Part shown: piece after piece, positions 59,686 through 64,000 of the stretch
How the letters are laid out: the number at the start of each line of letters is the position of its first letter
Numbering within the stretch: position 1 is the first letter of the stretch
From: Lama guanicoe
Taxonomy: Eukaryota
Length of the DNA: 64,000 nt
Direction: 5' to 3'
Assembly: GCA_013239625.1 (NCBI GenBank)
Contig: MU053376.1
Coordinates: 1,140,833 to 1,204,832, forward strand
Made by a program: the position numbers and the translations under genes
The notes under the pieces: model-generated
The model's database searches: none
The model's input: only the letters and a program-made list of their open reading frames with translations
Told to the model about the DNA's origin: nothing

Positions 59686-62600
59686 TTCTGAGTTCCTAAC
59701 TCAGAATGCTGGTGCTCATTTTACAGAGGAGGAAACTGAGGTCCCGGGAAAGCCTTACATTCCCACAGGTAGCAGGGGGCAGAGGTGGGATTGGAACCGG
59801 GGTCCCCTGAGTTCCTGCTCAGGCACGTCGCCCCATAGTGCCCTGCTTAGATTGGGTTTCAACTCTCCAGCAGCGTCAGTAAGAAAGACGTGCTCTTCAT
59901 GGCCGCAGAGCCATCCTTACTTGCTCAGGCAGGTGGTGAACTTGCCCTGCTTGTTTGTCTTGTAAAAAGCGAGAGAGCTGCCCTCTCATCAGAACAGTCG
60001 TGGACATTAATAACCTATTTTTCTCCACACACAACACGAGTGGCAGCAACAGTAACCAACAGGCAAACTCACCCTGTCCCCTCCACGTATTTTTAACTAA
60101 CCCCTCAGCTCCAAAGAGGATTTCTAACAATGGCTGTCTAGGAACTGGAGTTGTCACGGCACCCCTGGTTGTCAGGAAACCAGAAGCGGCGTCCCCATTC
60201 ACGTTGGCGGTGTACCTAGAATAGCCCCCTTCTGGCTCTCCAGTGAGTGATTCATCCACAGGGCTGTGTTTAGGTTACACCCACGCACGAGAACGTTCGC
60301 AGGAGCCATCATTTTGGCAGCGAATGTGGTCCTGTAACGCCTGAGAGCCCGGGGAAGCAATGCTGGTTAGCACGTAGCTGCAACACACCCACACGGATTC
60401 GCCTGCATTTCACTCACCTGCTTTGCCAGCAGGAACGGGCAGAAAGCTGTCCCTGTGCACCGGGGCCGGGAGGAAGCCCGCGTGGCACTCACGCTGGCCT
60501 TCGAGAATCGTCTGAACAGGTTCAGTTCATCTTGAGCAAGCTTGCTAGAAGGGCGCGTGGCTTCGCACAAGCGAATTGGCTTCCCTTTCATTTTCTGCCA
60601 TCCAAGTTTGTAAGGGGAATTCTTCCTCAGAGCCAAATGCTAAGTTGGTGAGGCACGTCCTTATTTTAGTCTTGAGATCATTTCTTGATTCGGGAAAGAG
60701 TAAACTTTCAGTTTTACCAAAGATCAGCCTCTTCACGTTACTCTGACCAACAAGACTTTTCTTGGCTGGGGAGTAGGGATGGGATTTGAGGAGAGAAGGA
60801 AAGGGGAAAAAAAAAGAGAGAGAGTGCGACAACCTTCCAAACATCAATAATCCTTTTCCTTGCATGCAAGAATGATTATCAGCTACTCTAGATGTGAATA
60901 ATGTAGTCTAGCACTTTTTTTATTTATGACTGTGGCAATGAATATAACTTGGTGCTTAACCAATTATTTTTAAGAGGTGGTAGCACAGTATTTCTTTGAA
61001 TGTTGAAAACCAAAAATAGAGCCTTTAAGAATTTCTTCCATCTGCCAGCCTGAATGCTGGCTGGGTAGAGATTTCAGCGCCGCCCACGTGACAGAACAGG
61101 CCCCCGTTGCCCCATATGCAGAACACACACCCGCGAAATCAAACACCCCTGTGGGACGTGTAATTAGCTAACTCCTGTTCCGCGCCAGCCAGCGCTCCCC
61201 TTAACTGCTTGGCAATCAGAGGGAGAGCACCCTTTCTGGGTGGCAGGTCTTACCCCGCTGTAGACAGGGACATTTCCCGGCAGAAGCATTACCCGCGCCC
61301 GCCCGGGAGGGACAGTCTGTTAAGGGCTAAAACGCGCGTGATGAGGTTGATGGGGACGTCTTTCAGCAGCAGTTTGCTCATTTTAGGAATTTCTCCTCAG
61401 AGGGATAAGTAGGAGGTGAAACCCAGGGTACTGGTTTTGTGGTTTCAAATGTCTCTTTGGGTTGGAAACGACTTGAAAGGCAAGTGGGCTTGTTCTGGAT
61501 GGCGTGAAGACTTCACTTTGAGAAGAGGTCCAGAGATGATTAAGATACAGTTCCCGACCCAAGGAGGGCCAAGATTTGTAGGGGAGGCAGACAAGTCGTC
61601 AGGACTAGAAAAATAAAACACCTTGATGGCTGGGAGTTCGCCCTTGACAAGAGAATAAATCTCTATACCGATTCCCTTCCTATTACTCAGACTAGTCGGG
61701 GAGGGCGCCCTGCCAGGGAATTTGATTTGGCCCAAGGTCAAGAAAATCTCAGTGTCATGGCTTCTGCTGATAGGTGTGGAGCTGAAGGTGGGGTGGGGGT
61801 GGGGAGATGGCTCTGTGTTGGGGAAGGCACCAAAGTAGGCCCAGATCTTTAGTTTCCCCACACTTCAGTTTCCTCATTATGTCGAAATTTTCTGGAATGC
61901 CTGTTACACACGCAGCAGCAACAGGAAAAGTGGCTCCCCTGTCCCAGCCCTCTGCTGAGGTCAGCTTGGTGGCAGCAGTTCCAGAGAGGAAGACAGGGCT
62001 CCTGGGAGGACAGCAGCCCCCACCCCCATTGACACTTTCCCCAGATTATCAGGGAGAGGCGAGCCCCAAAGAAAGGGTCAGGAAACACTTGGGTCGCATC
62101 ATGAATATTCACAAAATAGGGCAAGTGCAGTTGCAGAGTTCTCTGCACAGAGGGGTTTCAGCTGCTCCTTCACCCCAACGCTGGTGCACGGGGCGATTGC
62201 AGCAACCCCCTCCTTGTCTCCCTCAGAGTCCCGTGAAGGTGCCTCAGGTCTGCTCACCAACACGGGGGAGCACCTTCCGACTTCTCTGCCGCCCCTGCTC
62301 CCATAGCATTGCTACATTGGCCACCCTTGTCAAGGGCACACTTGTTGAAATGAATGTCAAAGTGTGCTCCCTCCCTCAGATGCTGGGCTACCTCTCCTGT
62401 TGCTGCCAGAGCCCAACCAGTGAAGAACTGCCCTACACACCCAGCGTCCCTCAGGGGTTTCGGCAAAGGGCTGCTTTGGTTTGATGCCTCTTTAGAAGCC
62501 CTCTCTCCCCAGCTTTCAGGGGAAGATGTGGAAGACAGCCAGGGAGGCAGGGATTGTTTGTTCTCAGAAGAGTTCCTCTTCTGTGTTAGCCTCAGGATTA

Positions 62601-64000
62601 AAGTTCAGACTCCTTAATATGGTCCCCAAGATCCACCAAGATCCACCATGTACCCTGCCTTTCTTTCCAGCCCCATCCCTCACCACCCACTCTGTTTTCC
62701 CTGTTGTCACCAAACTCACTTGCTCTCTCTCACATACCAGTCTGTTCAAACACCATGCCCCCGGCCTGGAGATGGTCCCCTCACCCAATTTTCTACTCTG
62801 TCTGTTGACTGAATCCTACTCATCCTGCTGGATTCAGCTATGATACCACTTGACCTAAGAAGCTACCCATGTTCAGTCCCAATGTCTGAGAAATTTGCCC
62901 TCTTTTATGCTCCCAGGGCCCCCGTCCTACCATCAAAAGGAGATCACTTAACACTGTGACGTCTGTTGTCATCTCCATCTCCCCTACCAGTTCCTTAAGA
63001 GCAAGGACTATATCTTATATTGATTTTATTTGCCACTTGATCAAGAATATACAGGAGGTACTAAATAAATTGACTGGATGAATAGTGAAACATTCCCTGG
63101 GATCAAACTTCTACGCCTGAGTCTCTTTAAGACAAGTTTTTCTCAAAGAGGGAAACCAGTCCCCAGTGTGCATGGATTTCTGATGGACCTACCACACTGG
63201 TCTTCTGGCCTGACTCTTAGAGTCAGCCTGGCTTTGGCTTGAGCTAGGATTCTTCCTACATAAGCATCTGGTGAGCATGGACCACAGCAGGGCTTCTCAA
63301 ACCTTAACACATATAGGAATCCTGGGATTCTCTTAAAATGCAGGTTCCAACCTGGTACGTTGGCATAGGGCCTGAGATGCTAATTTTGCTGGTTGGGGAC
63401 CACACCTTGAGTGGGAAGGCACTAACTGAAAGTCTTGTGCAGTCTCTTTAAATTGATTCCAGGATTCTGATTTATAAGAACTAATTGGCAAAAATTCAAA
63501 GTACTGAAGAAGCCTTTCTAGGAAAGTTTATTTGTTTTTTATAATGCTTGATCTCATTAACAACTGAACATGTGGCCATCACTGTAGGCTGCTTCCTCCT
63601 GTTCTTATACCCAATCCTTTCCTCCTTTGTCTGTCTAAAGTTCGAATGCCCACTCTCCCAGCCTCCTTTACTGTTCTGGATGAAACACGTGTTACAGAGC
63701 TGTTGATGGGATGTGGTTAAGCCCTAAAGTTCTGCCTTAAATGCCAGTGCAGTGGCCTGAATTGCAGAACCAATTTCAGCAGTTTAAAAATAGCAGGCCA
63801 ATGTCTTCATGATCTCTTAGCCTTTTTCTTATGCTTTTTGCCTCATGGTCACAGAATAGCTGCTGATGCTCAGTAAGATCAAGTATCTCTTAATATCACC
63901 AAACATCTAGTCAGTTGCACATTTTCTTGATCGTATTTTTTTTCTACAGTTGATTTATTTGAATCTGAATCACATTACATTTGACTATTCTTTAACAATA

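Noticed and set aside
61807..62484. 225-aa plus-strand ORF
   Set aside because: No recognisable family, no supporting splice or promoter structure, and composition typical of non-coding DNA. A BLASTP or dN/dS test would be needed to revive it.
47600..64000. LEMD1 coding exons expected by synteny
   Set aside because: No LEM-domain or other recognisable coding exon found. It probably lies beyond the right edge.
1..64000. CRISPR array, operon or other prokaryote-type novel system
   Set aside because: The sequence is spliced mammalian DNA. There are no regularly spaced repeat-spacer arrays or dense ORF clusters.

Overview
Mammalian genomic DNA, probably from a camelid. That assignment is inferred from eleven copies of a tRNA-Ala-derived SINE resembling camelid Vic-1, plus cetartiodactyl-type L1 3' ends. 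The window is syntenic with the human NUAK2-KLHDC8A interval and holds two minus-strand genes. NUAK2 is present as its 5' part only: CpG-island promoter, coding exon 1 (10770-11015) and exon 2 (1272-1392), with the rest running off the left edge. KLHDC8A is complete: five coding exons totalling 1053 nt (350 aa + stop), a probable non-coding first exon ending at 47080 and a CpG island over exon 2. The remainder is intronic or intergenic DNA with SINEs, L1 fragments, solo LTRs, hAT MITEs and microsatellites. I see no evidence of a new multi-gene system. The most unusual structure is a 2.3-kb composite L1-rich insert bounded by target-site duplications (TSDs); it ends in AATAAA and splits a young SINE about 1 kb upstream of the NUAK2 promoter. 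Other notable items are a near-perfect 224/225-bp tandem duplication, an 84-bp dispersed duplication, a target site used twice, an internally inverted L1, an in-frame uORF separated from the KLHDC8A CDS by a single TAG, and candidate CTCF, RFX and homeobox sites. Repeat family names were assigned by eye, not by database search.
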